A DNA stretch of 64,000 nt from positions 9,910-73,909 of the forward strand of contig CAZWRN010000002.1 of NCBI GenBank assembly GCA_964636275.1, in the 5' to 3' direction. The position numbers and the translations under genes were made by a program. Below, in pieces: positions 47,723 through 57,947 of the stretch; position 1 is the stretch's first letter, and each line of letters begins with the position of its first letter. The notes under the pieces were generated by a model. It was not told where the DNA came from. It searched no databases and was given only the letters and a program-made list of their open reading frames with translations. The DNA is from an uncultured Gammaproteobacteria bacterium. GTDB lineage: Bacteria > Patescibacteriota > Microgenomatia > Daviesbacterales > UBA10151.

Positions 47723-48819
47723 ATGGCAACTGCTGAATTTGCATTAGCCAGAAAACTGTCGCGCAGACGAATGCTCGGAGAAACTGCTGCGGCTGTTGTA
47801 ACTGTTGGAGCACTCTTAAACCTGCCGATGATTCGAATACCTTTTTTACAACAGAGTATCAAGCGTCCTGATGTCTTGGGTGTGACCTTTAGTCAACTCC
47901 AATGCTCTCCCCGATATCTTGATATGGATTATCAGACAACTTTTAGAGAAATTTGTGACTTGGAGCCAGATGTGATTCGTCTGGGGACCTATTGGAATGA
48001 GATTGAATCAGACATTGGTTTTCAAAAAACAGATTGGCTGATGAATGAAGCTGCCAGAAGAAAAATAAATGTCATTCTGACAGTTGGAGCGAAAGCCCCT
48101 CGATTCCCAGAACTTCATCTTCCCCCGGATGTAGTTCATCTCAGTGGTACTGATCAAAATCAAGGCCGTAGTATCGGTTCTGATCCTTTAACTTACAATA
48201 GAGTAATGAAACACACCGAAAAAGTAGTTGAAATGTATAAGAATTATCCAAATCTAAAATACTGGCAGATTGAAAATGAGCCGCTTGATCATCTCGACTT
48301 TGCTGACAACCACTCAATTGATGAAAGCTTACTGAACGCCGAAATTAAATTGGTCAGAGAGAAAAACGGACTGATCAAAAGATTTTATTAAGTAACGCAT
48401 TTAAAATTCCTAGTGCTCCTTATAGTTTGATAAAAAGTTTAGAACTCAAACCGGATGGAACAGGTTTTAATGTATATCCAAAAGTTCCTCGCAGAGAGGG
48501 CGGATATTACCAAATGAATTGGGGTGATTATCGATTATTGGCCAAAAATGCTTCACTTATTGAATCACTAGATATTGAACCATGGATTTTTGAAGCTCAG
48601 GCTGAACCTTGGGAACCAAATAAACATGTTCATTTTGGACAAGAAGAGTACCCCAGTGTGTCAGTAAATCAAACACTTAGATTAGTTTCAGATCTGGTGA
48701 GAAGTGGCTATCAGAAACAACTTCTTTGGGGAGGTGAGTTTTGGGTTAAACAAAAACAGTTAGGTTTCCCTGAATGGATGGAAGCTATGAAACGACTCTT
48801 TTCACAAAAAGCAGCTTAA
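47723..48819 (+). pseudogene. Tat-signal glycoside hydrolase (clan GH-A-like) interrupted by a frameshift
   Basis: Twin-arginine signal SRRRMLGETAAAVVTVGA and an acid/base-like QIENEPL in ORF1 (frame 2, ends 48391). ORF2 (frame 1, open from 48349) carries a nucleophile-like WIFEAQAEPWEP. The frames overlap over 48349-48391. Confidence 0.45.
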
Positions 48820-50978
48820 AGTTCTACGGGTGACATCTCTCCCCAGCTTTTGCCGGATTTCAAATCAACTTTCACAGGAACAGATAACTTTAAAGCATCT
48901 TCCATTTTTTGTTTAATCATTTTGGCTGTCGACTCGACATCTTCTGGAGAGCATTCAAACATCAACTCATCATGGACCTGAAGTATTAACTTGCAGTTAT
49001 CATTTTTCTCAAGTTCTTTACCGATTGCGACCATAGCAATTTTAATCATATCCGCACTGGTTCCTTGAATTGGATGGTTGATAGCTGCTCTCTCTCCGGC
49101 TGCTTTGAGAAAATGATTGTTTGAAGAGAGCTCTGGCATGTATCTTCTTCTTCCAGAGATTGTTTCAACATAACCATTTTGGATACCAAATTCCAAAGTT
49201 TTAGCCATCCAGGCTTTGACTTTGGGAAACTGTTCAAAATATTCGCTGATGTACTGTTTGGCAGTGGCAAAGTCTATGCTAAGCTGTCTGGATAAAGCCC
49301 GCGGACCCTGACCGTAGAGGGTGGCAAAGTTCATGGTTTTTCCAACTGTTCGTTGTTGTTTACCCACTTGATCAATTGGAATATTAAAGATCTTAGCCGC
49401 TGTTGCTGCATGAATATCTAAGCCATCTTGAAATGCTTTTTTCATTGCTTCATCACCCGAGACATCGGCCATTATTCGAAGCTCTATCTGCGAATAATCG
49501 GCGCCCAATAATACTTTTCCTTCTGGTGCAATAAATGCTTTCCGCAGCTCCCCACCCATCTCTCCTCTGATGGGGATATTTTGCAAATTGGGATTGGTTG
49601 AAGAAAGCCGTCCGGTGGCAGCACCTTCAACATTGAAAGTTGAATGAATTCTTCCGTCTTCCTGAATGGATTTAGGCAGGGCATCAACATAGGTTGAAAC
49701 TAATTTAAACAGTTGACGGTACTGGAGTAGAAAAGGAATTGCCGGGTGAGCTGCTGACAATTCTTGGAGTGTTTCTTCATCGGTTGATCTGCCCGTTTTA
49801 GTCTTTTTGAAAACAGGTAAATTGAGTTCATCAAATAGTACCTCAGACAACTGTTTTGGTGAATTTAAATTAAATTCGTGACCAACAAAATGGAAAATAT
49901 TTTTCTCAATATCGACTAGTTTTTCCTTGAGATCTTTACCCAGATTCTCTAAAAACGGGGCATCTATCAGCACTCCATTTTTACTCATTTTGTCCAAAAC
50001 AATCTGTACCTTTTGATCCAGTTCAACAGTCTCTTTTGATTGTGCTGGCTTTTCATAAGCTGCTTCATCTCCTTGTAACTGTTTTTCACCAGTCAGAGGA
50101 TCTTTTCCAGAGCCAGTCAATTTATTAACCAAACTTTTGAATTCCAATTCTTTAAAAAGATCGATTACCTGCCCCTGGTTATAGTCTTTTACCGCACATT
50201 CTGAGAGATTTAACTTGATCGGTGCATTGATATCGATAGTCGCCAGTGTTTTGCTCATTGCAGCTGACTCAGCCCCTTCAGCCAACAGTTTTTGCATTCG
50301 TTCTGGCAGAGTCGCCAGGTTTTCTGTTTTATAAATCTCTTCAATAGTGCCAAACTGTTTGATTAGTTTGGTGGCGCTGACATCGCCTATTCCCGGCACA
50401 CCTGGGATATTGTCTGAAGCATCGCCCGCTAATGCTTTGTATTCGATCATCTGGATTGGCTGAAAACCAAACCGCTCAATAAACTCCTGGACCCCATACA
50501 AACCAACATCAGTCAGGGTCTTTTTTGGCATTAAGATTTTGACCTGATTGTTGATAGTTTGCATGATATCTCGATCTCCCGTCAAAATGATCACTTCAAT
50601 CTCTGAATCTTTTTCTACTGCCAGTTTAGCTAGTGTTCCGATCAGGTCATCGGCTTCATATCCAGCCAGAGCGTATTCGGGCACTCCCAGAGCCTTGACT
50701 ACTTCATGCACCCGATTATACTGACTGCTCAATGCTTCATCAGCTGGCCCGCGAGTGGCTTTGTACTGGGTATATTGCTGGTGTCTAAAAGTAGGAGCTT
50801 TCATATCCCAGGCGATCGCCATATAGTCAGGTTTGAGATCATCCCAACTTCTTAAAAGCATATTGGTAAAGCCGTAGACGGCATTTACCAGCTCCCCTTT
50901 TGAAGTGGTCAACGGTGGTGTGGCATGAAAAGCCCGATGAAGTAAAGCATTCCCATCTACTAAAACGAATCTTGGCAT
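48816..50978 (-). CDS. polA: DNA polymerase I lacking a 3'-5' exonuclease domain
   Basis: 5' nuclease N-terminus (VLVDGNALLHRAFHA). The pol domain motifs FNLNSPKQL and LQVHDELMFE follow. Only ~90 aa separate the 5' nuclease from the pol domain. Confidence 0.9.
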   Translation of the reverse strand: MPRFVLVDGNALLHRAFHATPPLTTSKGELVNAVYGFTNMLLRSWDDLKPDYMAIAWDMKAPTFRHQQYTQYKATRGPADEALSSQYNRVHEVVKALGVPEYALAGYEADDLIGTLAKLAVEKDSEIEVIILTGDRDIMQTINNQVKILMPKKTLTDVGLYGVQEFIERFGFQPIQMIEYKALAGDASDNIPGVPGIGDVSATKLIKQFGTIEEIYKTENLATLPERMQKLLAEGAESAAMSKTLATIDINAPIKLNLSECAVKDYNQGQVIDLFKELEFKSLVNKLTGSGKDPLTGEKQLQGDEAAYEKPAQSKETVELDQKVQIVLDKMSKNGVLIDAPFLENLGKDLKEKLVDIEKNIFHFVGHEFNLNSPKQLSEVLFDELNLPVFKKTKTGRSTDEETLQELSAAHPAIPFLLQYRQLFKLVSTYVDALPKSIQEDGRIHSTFNVEGAATGRLSSTNPNLQNIPIRGEMGGELRKAFIAPEGKVLLGADYSQIELRIMADVSGDEAMKKAFQDGLDIHAATAAKIFNIPIDQVGKQQRTVGKTMNFATLYGQGPRALSRQLSIDFATAKQYISEYFEQFPKVKAWMAKTLEFGIQNGYVETISGRRRYMPELSSNNHFLKAAGERAAINHPIQGTSADMIKIAMVAIGKELEKNDNCKLILQVHDELMFECSPEDVESTAKMIKQKMEDALKLSVPVKVDLKSGKSWGEMSPVEL

Positions 50979-51112
50979 AGGGGTATTCTAACACTTTTGA
51001 AGTAAAACTCTAAATTTTAAATACTCTGAAATTATTGTTTATTTTTTTGGTCATTATCTAGAATTTAGTAATTAGAGTTTAGAACTTATACTCATATCAT
51101 TTTGGTAACTAT

Positions 51113-51141
51113 TTGACTTATGTCACTTCATTTTGTATAGT
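51113..51141 (+). promoter_or_regulatory. Sigma70-like promoter TTGACT-N17-TATAGT overlapped by inverted repeat GTCACT-N11-AGTGAC
   Basis: TTGACT at 51113-18 and TATAGT at 51136-41. The palindrome at 51122-51144 spans the spacer and -10. Confidence 0.5.
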
Positions 51142-51306
51142 GACTCGAATATGTGCAACTGTGGCAACCGTAAAGAAAAATTCATCCCGCAAATTTTGAA
51201 TTTTGTTTTAGCCAATCCACCATGCTGTTGTTCTTCCACATCGCAAATGGGAGGCAATAGTAGGTGATTAGTTAATTAGAGATTAGTTAATTTAAAAGTT
51301 TCAAAG

Positions 51307-51330
51307 CCTCCCAGCTTGGGAGGTTTTTTT
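51307..51330 (+). terminator. Hairpin CCUCCCA-gcu-UGGGAGG + U7 immediately upstream of start codon (attenuator/RBS-sequestering)
   Basis: 7-bp GC-rich stem at 51307-51323 and T-run at 51324-51330, with the ATG at 51331. The 3' arm contains the GGAGG Shine-Dalgarno. Confidence 0.55.
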
Positions 51331-52116
51331 ATGCAAAAAAGGATATCTATGCCTTTAATTGAAGACCGGGAAACACGACAAGAAATAATAACAAGATTAA
51401 ATCAACAACCAATTTCAAGAGTTTCTGCAGATTATTGGGGATTGGGTTATGAGTTTAAAATGACTTCCGGGTGTCCTGAGGAAAGTAATCCCTTATTGGC
51501 GCAAAGAGTGGCAAAATTAGTACCTCAACTAGATAGTTCCGATCCTATTTTGGATATAGGGTCTGGTAGGCAGTATTTTGTTTCAAGCTTGGCAATGAAA
51601 ACCGGTTATAAATTACCAGCGAATCCGATCATTACATTAGATGTTGCTCCAATTCTCTCCCAATATTTAAACACCCAACAAAATGTCAATCATGTTCAGG
51701 CGGATGCAATGTATCTTCCTTTTTTAACTGAAAAAATTGGCCTTGTGACTAGTAATATGGCGATTGATTATGCTGATGATCCGAAAAAAGTAATCAGTGA
51801 GATGTATCGAGTTTTAAAGCCTGGCGGTTTTGCAGCATTTACATTGATGAGACCAAGCATGTTTGCCAAAGATCCTGATCGGTTTATTGATAAACTGACA
51901 ACCAGAAGCGCACTTCAGGACTATGTTATTACTAAACATATACTGGGTCATAATGTTCTAACAAACTCTGAGGCTGCAGTTAGACAAAGATTTATAGATC
52001 ACGGATTTGAGGTGATAGATTTAGTCGTTAGAACTTCAAATGGTGTAGATCCTGACAGATACCCTAATGCTCATAGCTGGTGGGAAGTAGAATTACGAAA
52101 AAGAAGCGACGCTTAA
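51331..52116 (+). CDS. Class I SAM-dependent methyltransferase
   Basis: Motif I ILDIGSGRQYF and VLKPGGF. The ORF track start at 51316 is TTG inside the hairpin, so the ATG at 51331 is preferred. Confidence 0.75.
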   Translation: MQKRISMPLIEDRETRQEIITRLNQQPISRVSADYWGLGYEFKMTSGCPEESNPLLAQRVAKLVPQLDSSDPILDIGSGRQYFVSSLAMKTGYKLPANPIITLDVAPILSQYLNTQQNVNHVQADAMYLPFLTEKIGLVTSNMAIDYADDPKKVISEMYRVLKPGGFAAFTLMRPSMFAKDPDRFIDKLTTRSALQDYVITKHILGHNVLTNSEAAVRQRFIDHGFEVIDLVVRTSNGVDPDRYPNAHSWWEVELRKRSDA

Positions 52117-52141
52117 TCAAAAATGATTGCAAATTGGTATC

Positions 52142-52597
52142 TCAACTTGGCAATATTGCACTTATCCCAAAGCATATTACAGTCATCACAAACATTTTGA
52201 TATATAAAAATGGTACTCTGCCCCACCAGTCTTTGTGCCAATGAGCATACTGTTTTGTAAATTTTTTAAATCCATAATGAGGATTTAGCACAAACCAGAA
52301 AAAATCCTCAAATACTACTCCCAAAAAAAACACCCCTAAAATCTGTAGTTCTAACTGTAACGTCCAGGGCAATCCTATCCAAAAAGGAAAATGCAATAAA
52401 ACCATAATCAACCAAAAAACCCAAAAATGATAACCGGTAAATTCTTGTTTCCCCCACAATAAACGGGTAAACCAATTTTTTACCCGCCAGGTCGGCAGAG
52501 CCGCTGCCCAGCCATCTTTACCTTCGATTTCAATCTCCAGCTTAGCCATAATAAAAGCCATCAGCAGAGAAAATAAAACTAATTTTAGAATTAACAT
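52142..52597 (-). CDS. Hypothetical Trp-rich small membrane protein
   Basis: 151 aa, 3-4 TM, abuts the GT2 gene. Confidence 0.4.
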   Translation of the reverse strand: MLILKLVLFSLLMAFIMAKLEIEIEGKDGWAAALPTWRVKNWFTRLLWGKQEFTGYHFWVFWLIMVLLHFPFWIGLPWTLQLELQILGVFFLGVVFEDFFWFVLNPHYGFKKFTKQYAHWHKDWWGRVPFLYIKMFVMTVICFGISAILPS

Positions 52598-53395
52598 TTA
52601 TTTGAAGTGTCCGTATTTATATTCAGTTGGGTTGCTATCGTAGCCTTTGGTAATGATGTGCAACCAAGATTTGATCATTTTAGTCACGTATTGCAGCCGA
52701 CCTTCGTGATTCATTCTTCTAGTTGATGTATATATTTTAGGATTTTTTAAAAATAAAAATTTATTACCAGCTTTACACATTCTTTGCACTAGCTCATGAT
52801 CTTCAGCAAAACGCAGGCTTTCATCAAACCAACCAACTTTTTCAAAAGCCACTCGCCTGACATATAGATTAATACCCATGGCCATCGGATAAATTGGCTT
52901 GGTAGCTCGAAAGGCTACATCTGCAGCCACAAAAATGGCGGTGTCTTCGGCTTTATTGACGACCGATTTTATTTTTAACTCTAATGTCTTGCGTTGCTCT
53001 TCGCTGTGTTTGGGATCATCAGCCGGCAAATTGGTTGCAGCTGCCAGATCTGGCTTTCTTTCTAATACTTCCTGATAATATTTATCCAAAGCTTCGGTGT
53101 CTTTAAGAAAAACATCCGCATCCAAAAATAAAATGTGGGGTGCAGTCGTTTTTTTGACGCCGGTATTTCTTTGCCGGGAAATAGTTGATTTAGGAATCTG
53201 ATAGAATTTGAGTTGTGGTAAAACTTTTTGCCTTTTTAAAACCTCAGACTTGGTTTTATCTGGGGAAAAAGCATCAACTACTGCAACTTCTTTGGGTTGA
53301 ACAGTTTGAGCTGCAATCGAATCAAGCAGTTTACCAATAAAATTTTCTTCGTTTAAAGTTGGAATAACTATCGCTAAATCAATTATTTTTGCCAT
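52598..53395 (-). CDS. Glycosyltransferase family 2 (polyprenyl-phosphate sugar transferase-like)
   Basis: AIVIPTLNEENFIGKLLDSIAAQT and a DAD motif (FLDADVF). Confidence 0.75.
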   Translation of the reverse strand: MAKIIDLAIVIPTLNEENFIGKLLDSIAAQTVQPKEVAVVDAFSPDKTKSEVLKRQKVLPQLKFYQIPKSTISRQRNTGVKKTTAPHILFLDADVFLKDTEALDKYYQEVLERKPDLAAATNLPADDPKHSEEQRKTLELKIKSVVNKAEDTAIFVAADVAFRATKPIYPMAMGINLYVRRVAFEKVGWFDESLRFAEDHELVQRMCKAGNKFLFLKNPKIYTSTRRMNHEGRLQYVTKMIKSWLHIITKGYDSNPTEYKYGHFK

Positions 53396-53819
53396 ATTTA
53401 AATCTCCACAAGATGACTATTGTACCAAAAAATATTAACATCGCACCTTCAAAAGCGGTGATAAAAGAATAAAAAGGGATCCAAACAAGAAGTGAAGGGA
53501 TATAACCAAAACTATCAGGCAGGTTATTGATTGTTCTAATTAACAAATATACCCCATGTCCTACCGCCCAAAATCCTAATATTGTCAAAATATTTTTGTA
53601 TTTATTGATGTCTTTACGAATCTCCCAAATTAAAAAAGAGACTAATAATACAAATGACGCGTAAATCTGGGAGAGGAACCCGGAAAAAACAACTGCATTT
53701 GCTGGCCAGACTGATTCAACATCTATCAATCGAATGTTTAAAAGATGAATCAACGCATCGACGAGTAGATAAAAAAATCCAGTAGTCAGCAGTCTTTTGA
53801 TCCAGATCTCTTTTGTCAT
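53379..53819 (-). CDS. GtrA-like small membrane protein (putative flippase partner)
   Basis: 146 aa, 4 TM, overlaps the GT2 gene by 17 nt. Confidence 0.4.
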   Translation of the reverse strand: MTKEIWIKRLLTTGFFYLLVDALIHLLNIRLIDVESVWPANAVVFSGFLSQIYASFVLLVSFLIWEIRKDINKYKNILTILGFWAVGHGVYLLIRTINNLPDSFGYIPSLLVWIPFYSFITAFEGAMLIFFGTIVILWRFKYGKNN

Positions 53820-53837
53820 TATATTATTATACCGGTT

Positions 53838-55589
53838 TTAGTGTTTTAATTCACTTTGGGCTACAATTGAAGCGTAGACTCCTTTTTTCTTCATCAGCTC
53901 CAAATGAGTGCCTCTTTCCACAATCCGACCCTTATCCATCACCAAAATCTGGTCGGCTTTTTGAACGGTTGAGAGACGGTGAGCTATGACAATTTTAGTT
54001 AAAGTTTTTTCCTTAGACATATCCTCCAGCGCTTTTTGAATCATCGCCTCAGATAAAGTATCAAGATGTGATGTTGGCTCATCCATGATCAGGATTTTGG
54101 GGTCTGCAAACAGAGCTCTGGCAATAGCCAGCCGCTGTTTTTGCCCGCCTGATAGCTTGACTCCTCTTTCGCCAATCTCTGTTTGATATCCATCTTCAAA
54201 GTCTGAGATAAACTCGTGAGCGTGAGCCAACTCAGCAGCCCTGATAACTCGATCTTTGACCGATGACCAGTTGGCCTGACCAAAAGAGTAGGCAATCACT
54301 TCCCAGATTTTTCGGTTTGGCACGGGTGAATCCTGAAAAACCACGGCGGTCTGTTGGTGATAATCATCGAGTGATACCTGTCTTAGGTCGTATTTATTAT
54401 CCAACACAATTGAACCACTACTTGGGTCATAGTACCGGCTAAGTAATTTCGCAATTGTAGACTTTCCTGAGCCAGATTTTCCCACCAGTGCTGTAAATGA
54501 ACCCGGGTTGATAGTAAAGCTAACATTTTTTAATACCCGTCTTTTCTTGTATGCAAATGTCACGTGACGAAAAGCCAGCTGTCCCTGAAATCGATCAAGC
54601 CGGATTGGGTCCGGGGATTCTTTGACCGATGTTTTTTGGTTCAATAAAGAGCTGATACGGTCGACGGGTTCAGACGCATCAACTGCCCGTTCATAGATCC
54701 TGCCTAGACGGAAGATATTTGAATTGGTTCTTTCCAGTACTGATATTAGAAAAACTAATGTACCAACTGTCAGCTGCCCTAAGTAAATCTGCCAAATACC
54801 GATTGAGATCATTAAAATGTAAAACCCTTCGGTCATCAGGGAACGGAAAAACCCTTCAATCATATGTGTTTTATACTCACTCCCGGAAATACTTAGGACA
54901 TTTCCCCAAATGGACTGCATAGATAATTTCTCTCTTTCTTCTTGGGCAAAGGCTTTGACCACAGTAATATTGGAGATCGTGTCCCCTATTTCCCCAGTGG
55001 ATTTTTCATAAAGATCATGTCTTTTGGAGCGCAGTTTAGCAGTTTTTTTGTAGGTCAAAAACATCAAATAGATATAAGGCACCACAGACAAAAGAAAAAC
55101 CACACCAAACAACCAACTTGTCAGCAAGATCAATATGGTTGAAAGAATGATTTTGATCACAATCGGTTGAAACTCCCAGGTGTATGATCCAATCAAATCA
55201 ACCAATTTATCGGTTCCTTTATTGACGATGTTGATCTTGGTACCGGTATTGATCTTTTCGTGATAATCAATTGACAGCTCCAGCAACTTTTCATAGGCCA
55301 CAGTTTGAATATGGTGCTCTGATTTCCAGAGCAATTTTACAATTAAAATATCGGCCAGATAGTCAAGCAGCATCGTTAAGATCCTGGCTGCAGCCAGTCC
55401 ACCGATGACCAACAGCGCTGTCTCCCAGCTGATCGCCCCTTTGGCTGCTGTCAAAATATCTAAAATTTTTCCATAGATAAAAATTCCCGCCAAAAGGAAC
55501 AGCTCCATAAAAGCTGTCACAATTGCCAGGACGTATAGATCCTTATGAAAAGGAGCCATCAATATCCAGACTTTTTTTATGAAACTCAT
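53838..55589 (-). CDS. ABC exporter, fused permease/ATPase (MsbA-like)
   Basis: 6 TM, then an NBD with Walker A GKSGSGKST, signature LSGGQKQRLAIARAL and Walker B ILIMDE. Start trimmed to MSFIKK. Confidence 0.85.
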   Translation of the reverse strand: MSFIKKVWILMAPFHKDLYVLAIVTAFMELFLLAGIFIYGKILDILTAAKGAISWETALLVIGGLAAARILTMLLDYLADILIVKLLWKSEHHIQTVAYEKLLELSIDYHEKINTGTKINIVNKGTDKLVDLIGSYTWEFQPIVIKIILSTILILLTSWLFGVVFLLSVVPYIYLMFLTYKKTAKLRSKRHDLYEKSTGEIGDTISNITVVKAFAQEEREKLSMQSIWGNVLSISGSEYKTHMIEGFFRSLMTEGFYILMISIGIWQIYLGQLTVGTLVFLISVLERTNSNIFRLGRIYERAVDASEPVDRISSLLNQKTSVKESPDPIRLDRFQGQLAFRHVTFAYKKRRVLKNVSFTINPGSFTALVGKSGSGKSTIAKLLSRYYDPSSGSIVLDNKYDLRQVSLDDYHQQTAVVFQDSPVPNRKIWEVIAYSFGQANWSSVKDRVIRAAELAHAHEFISDFEDGYQTEIGERGVKLSGGQKQRLAIARALFADPKILIMDEPTSHLDTLSEAMIQKALEDMSKEKTLTKIVIAHRLSTVQKADQILVMDKGRIVERGTHLELMKKKGVYASIVAQSELKH

Positions 55590-55718
55590 ATTTGTTTTTT
55601 TCTTGCTATTTAAACGTAACATACTTTCTCCTTTTTTTAAGGTAGTTCTCGACTTCGCTCGAACAAGATTGATTATTCTTTTTCGACCGTAGTGGAGAAA
55701 TACATTATTTTTGATATT

Positions 55719-55740
55719 AAAAAACCAGCCGGTTGGCTGG
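55719..55740 (-). terminator. Rho-independent terminator for ftsH (bidirectional-looking hairpin)
   Basis: CCAGCC-ggtt-GGCTGG stem at 55725-55740 with A6 on the plus side, which is a U6 tract on the minus strand. Confidence 0.55.
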
Positions 55741-55991
55741 TTTCTATGCTTGTTTATTTAATTTTTAAGTGTAAATTACTTAAAATATCCCTCCTTTTGC
55801 ATAGAAACCCCTGCACTTTCTGCAGGTGCTAAATTTCCCCCACCAATAAGTGGATAAGAAATTGTATTTAGTTGTACATTATTTTTTGACATAAATAGTG
55901 ACTTTTCCGCTCAGTGTGGCTTTTTCGACTTGCGTAGTCAGTATCAACAGTTTACCCTGAAGTGTAAGAATTTGTCAACTATAACTATGGG

Positions 55992-57947
55992 TTATGCCAT
56001 AATGGCAGATTGGGTAGATCTAGAAGCTGTACTTTTTTTCTTGCCAACAATACCCTCGAATTCATCGGTATCAAGAGTCTCTTTATCCAGCAAAGCCTTG
56101 GCTACTTTGTCTAAATGAGCTTTATTTTTTCTTAAAATAGTCAGTGCCTGAGTGTATGCTTCATCCATAATCTTTTTAATTTCACCATCAATTTTGGCCT
56201 GCATTGATTCTGAAATGACAGCACCATCACCTCGCTGCCACATTCCAAACTGAGAGGCTGGTTTGATATTGATCGGACCGATCGAACTCATACCATATTC
56301 TACAACCATCTCACGGGCAATATTGGTGGCAACTTCGATATCATTGGAAGCTCCGGTGGAGATATCTTTAAAGATCAGATCTTCAGCTGCCCGACCGCCA
56401 AGAGCTGTGGCGATCTGTTCAAGCAGTCTGGATTTTGTCTCATTGGAGCGGTCTTCTGTCGGTGGAAACATCGTATGTCCGCCACTCATGCCCCGAGAAA
56501 CGATAGTGATACGATGAACAGGATCGACATGTGGCAAAGAGTGGCCAACCAAAGCATGCCCAGCTTCATGATAAGCAGCCAGTTTACGATCTTCTTCCGA
56601 CTGCATTCTTTTCCTTTGTGGACCGAGTTTGACTTTGGTCGCAGCCTCCTCTAGATCTTTGTTATCGATCTCTTTTTTGCTTTCACGAGCCGCCAATATT
56701 GCAGCTTCATTCAACATATTGGACAGATCAGCTCCGGAAAAACCAACTGTTCTTCTAGCAAGTCTTTCGACATCGACATCCTGAGCAAATGGCTTGCCTT
56801 TCATATGGATCGTGATAATGGCTTTTCTTTCTTCCAGATCTGGCAGCCCAATAACTACCCGACGATCAAACCGACCAGGTCTGACCAAAGCTGGATCTAA
56901 AAGATCCGGCCGATTGGTGGCACCGATAACAATGACCGATTCATTTGGCGCAAAACCGTCCATCTCAACCAGAATCTGATTTAGAGTCTGCTCTCTTTCA
57001 TCGTGTCCGCCACCCATTCCATTGCCACGAGCTCGGCCGATTGATTCTATTTCATCGATAAAGATGATCGCCGGTGAAGCCTTTTTAGCCTGAGCAAACA
57101 TATCTCTCACCCGGGCTGCCCCCACTCCGACCAACATCTCCATAAATTCAGATCCGGCTATTGAGAAAAATGGCACTCCAGCTTCACCAGCAACGGCTCG
57201 GGAAAGTAGTGTCTTACCGGTACCTGGAGGTCCCACCAGAAGCACGCCTTTTGGTGTCCTGGCTCCCACTTCTTTGTATTTTTGAGGATTTTTCAAAAAA
57301 TCGACTACCTCTTCGAGCTCTTTTTTAGATTCATAGACACCAGCGACATCGGCAAATTTCACCTGAGGAGCGTCTTTATTGAAAAGTCTGGCTCGGGACT
57401 GACCGAAAGAGAAGATCCCCTGGCCAGCATCTCGTGCCTGGCGGAAGATCAGCAAGAAGAAAACTATCATCAAAATAACTGGAATCAGAGTACCCAAGAG
57501 GGAGATCCAACCCTGCTGCCAGGAGATATCTTTGACCTCCACAGCTACTGTTTTTGGATCGACCTGAGAGGCTTCCAATATCTGATAAATCGACTCCCCG
57601 GCCTCTTTTCTGGCGGTGACAACTTTACCTTTTTTTGCATCATCCTGGATATCACCACGATAAGTGACTTCAACTTTATCACCTTCAACAACGATTTTCT
57701 GGACCAACTGATCTTTAACATCACTGACCACTTGGGAAATAGGTGCCTCATCTTTGGAAGAAGAGTTGCCTTGCAAACCGGCAAAAAAGATCAGAGCCGC
57801 TAATCCAATCAGCAGATACACTCCTAAACCTTTGATCAAACCGATCAATTTATTGCTGGATTTATTGCTACCTTTGCGGGATTTAAATGGATTAGGGATA
57901 GCTGACTTGGCCGGTATTTTTGGTAAACTACGTTTTAGATTTGCCAC
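55992..57947 (-). CDS. ftsH: ATP-dependent zinc metalloprotease FtsH
   Basis: N-terminal TMs, the AAA Walker [12 protein letters not shown], and the zinc motif HEAGHAL. Confidence 0.95.
   Translation of the reverse strand: MANLKRSLPKIPAKSAIPNPFKSRKGSNKSSNKLIGLIKGLGVYLLIGLAALIFFAGLQGNSSSKDEAPISQVVSDVKDQLVQKIVVEGDKVEVTYRGDIQDDAKKGKVVTARKEAGESIYQILEASQVDPKTVAVEVKDISWQQGWISLLGTLIPVILMIVFFLLIFRQARDAGQGIFSFGQSRARLFNKDAPQVKFADVAGVYESKKELEEVVDFLKNPQKYKEVGARTPKGVLLVGPPGTGKTLLSRAVAGEAGVPFFSIAGSEFMEMLVGVGAARVRDMFAQAKKASPAIIFIDEIESIGRARGNGMGGGHDEREQTLNQILVEMDGFAPNESVIVIGATNRPDLLDPALVRPGRFDRRVVIGLPDLEERKAIITIHMKGKPFAQDVDVERLARRTVGFSGADLSNMLNEAAILAARESKKEIDNKDLEEAATKVKLGPQRKRMQSEEDRKLAAYHEAGHALVGHSLPHVDPVHRITIVSRGMSGGHTMFPPTEDRSNETKSRLLEQIATALGGRAAEDLIFKDISTGASNDIEVATNIAREMVVEYGMSSIGPINIKPASQFGMWQRGDGAVISESMQAKIDGEIKKIMDEAYTQALTILRKNKAHLDKVAKALLDKETLDTDEFEGIVGKKKSTASRSTQSAIMA

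Noticed and set aside
51316-51330. ORF-track start of the methyltransferase at 51316
   Set aside because: This TTG lies inside the terminator or SD hairpin. The ATG at 51331 with GGAGG 7 nt upstream is the credible start.
54089-55142. Short ORFs within the ABC exporter gene
   Set aside because: They are spurious alternative frames.
55930-56118. 62-aa plus-strand ORF
   Set aside because: It overlaps the 3' end of ftsH in antisense.
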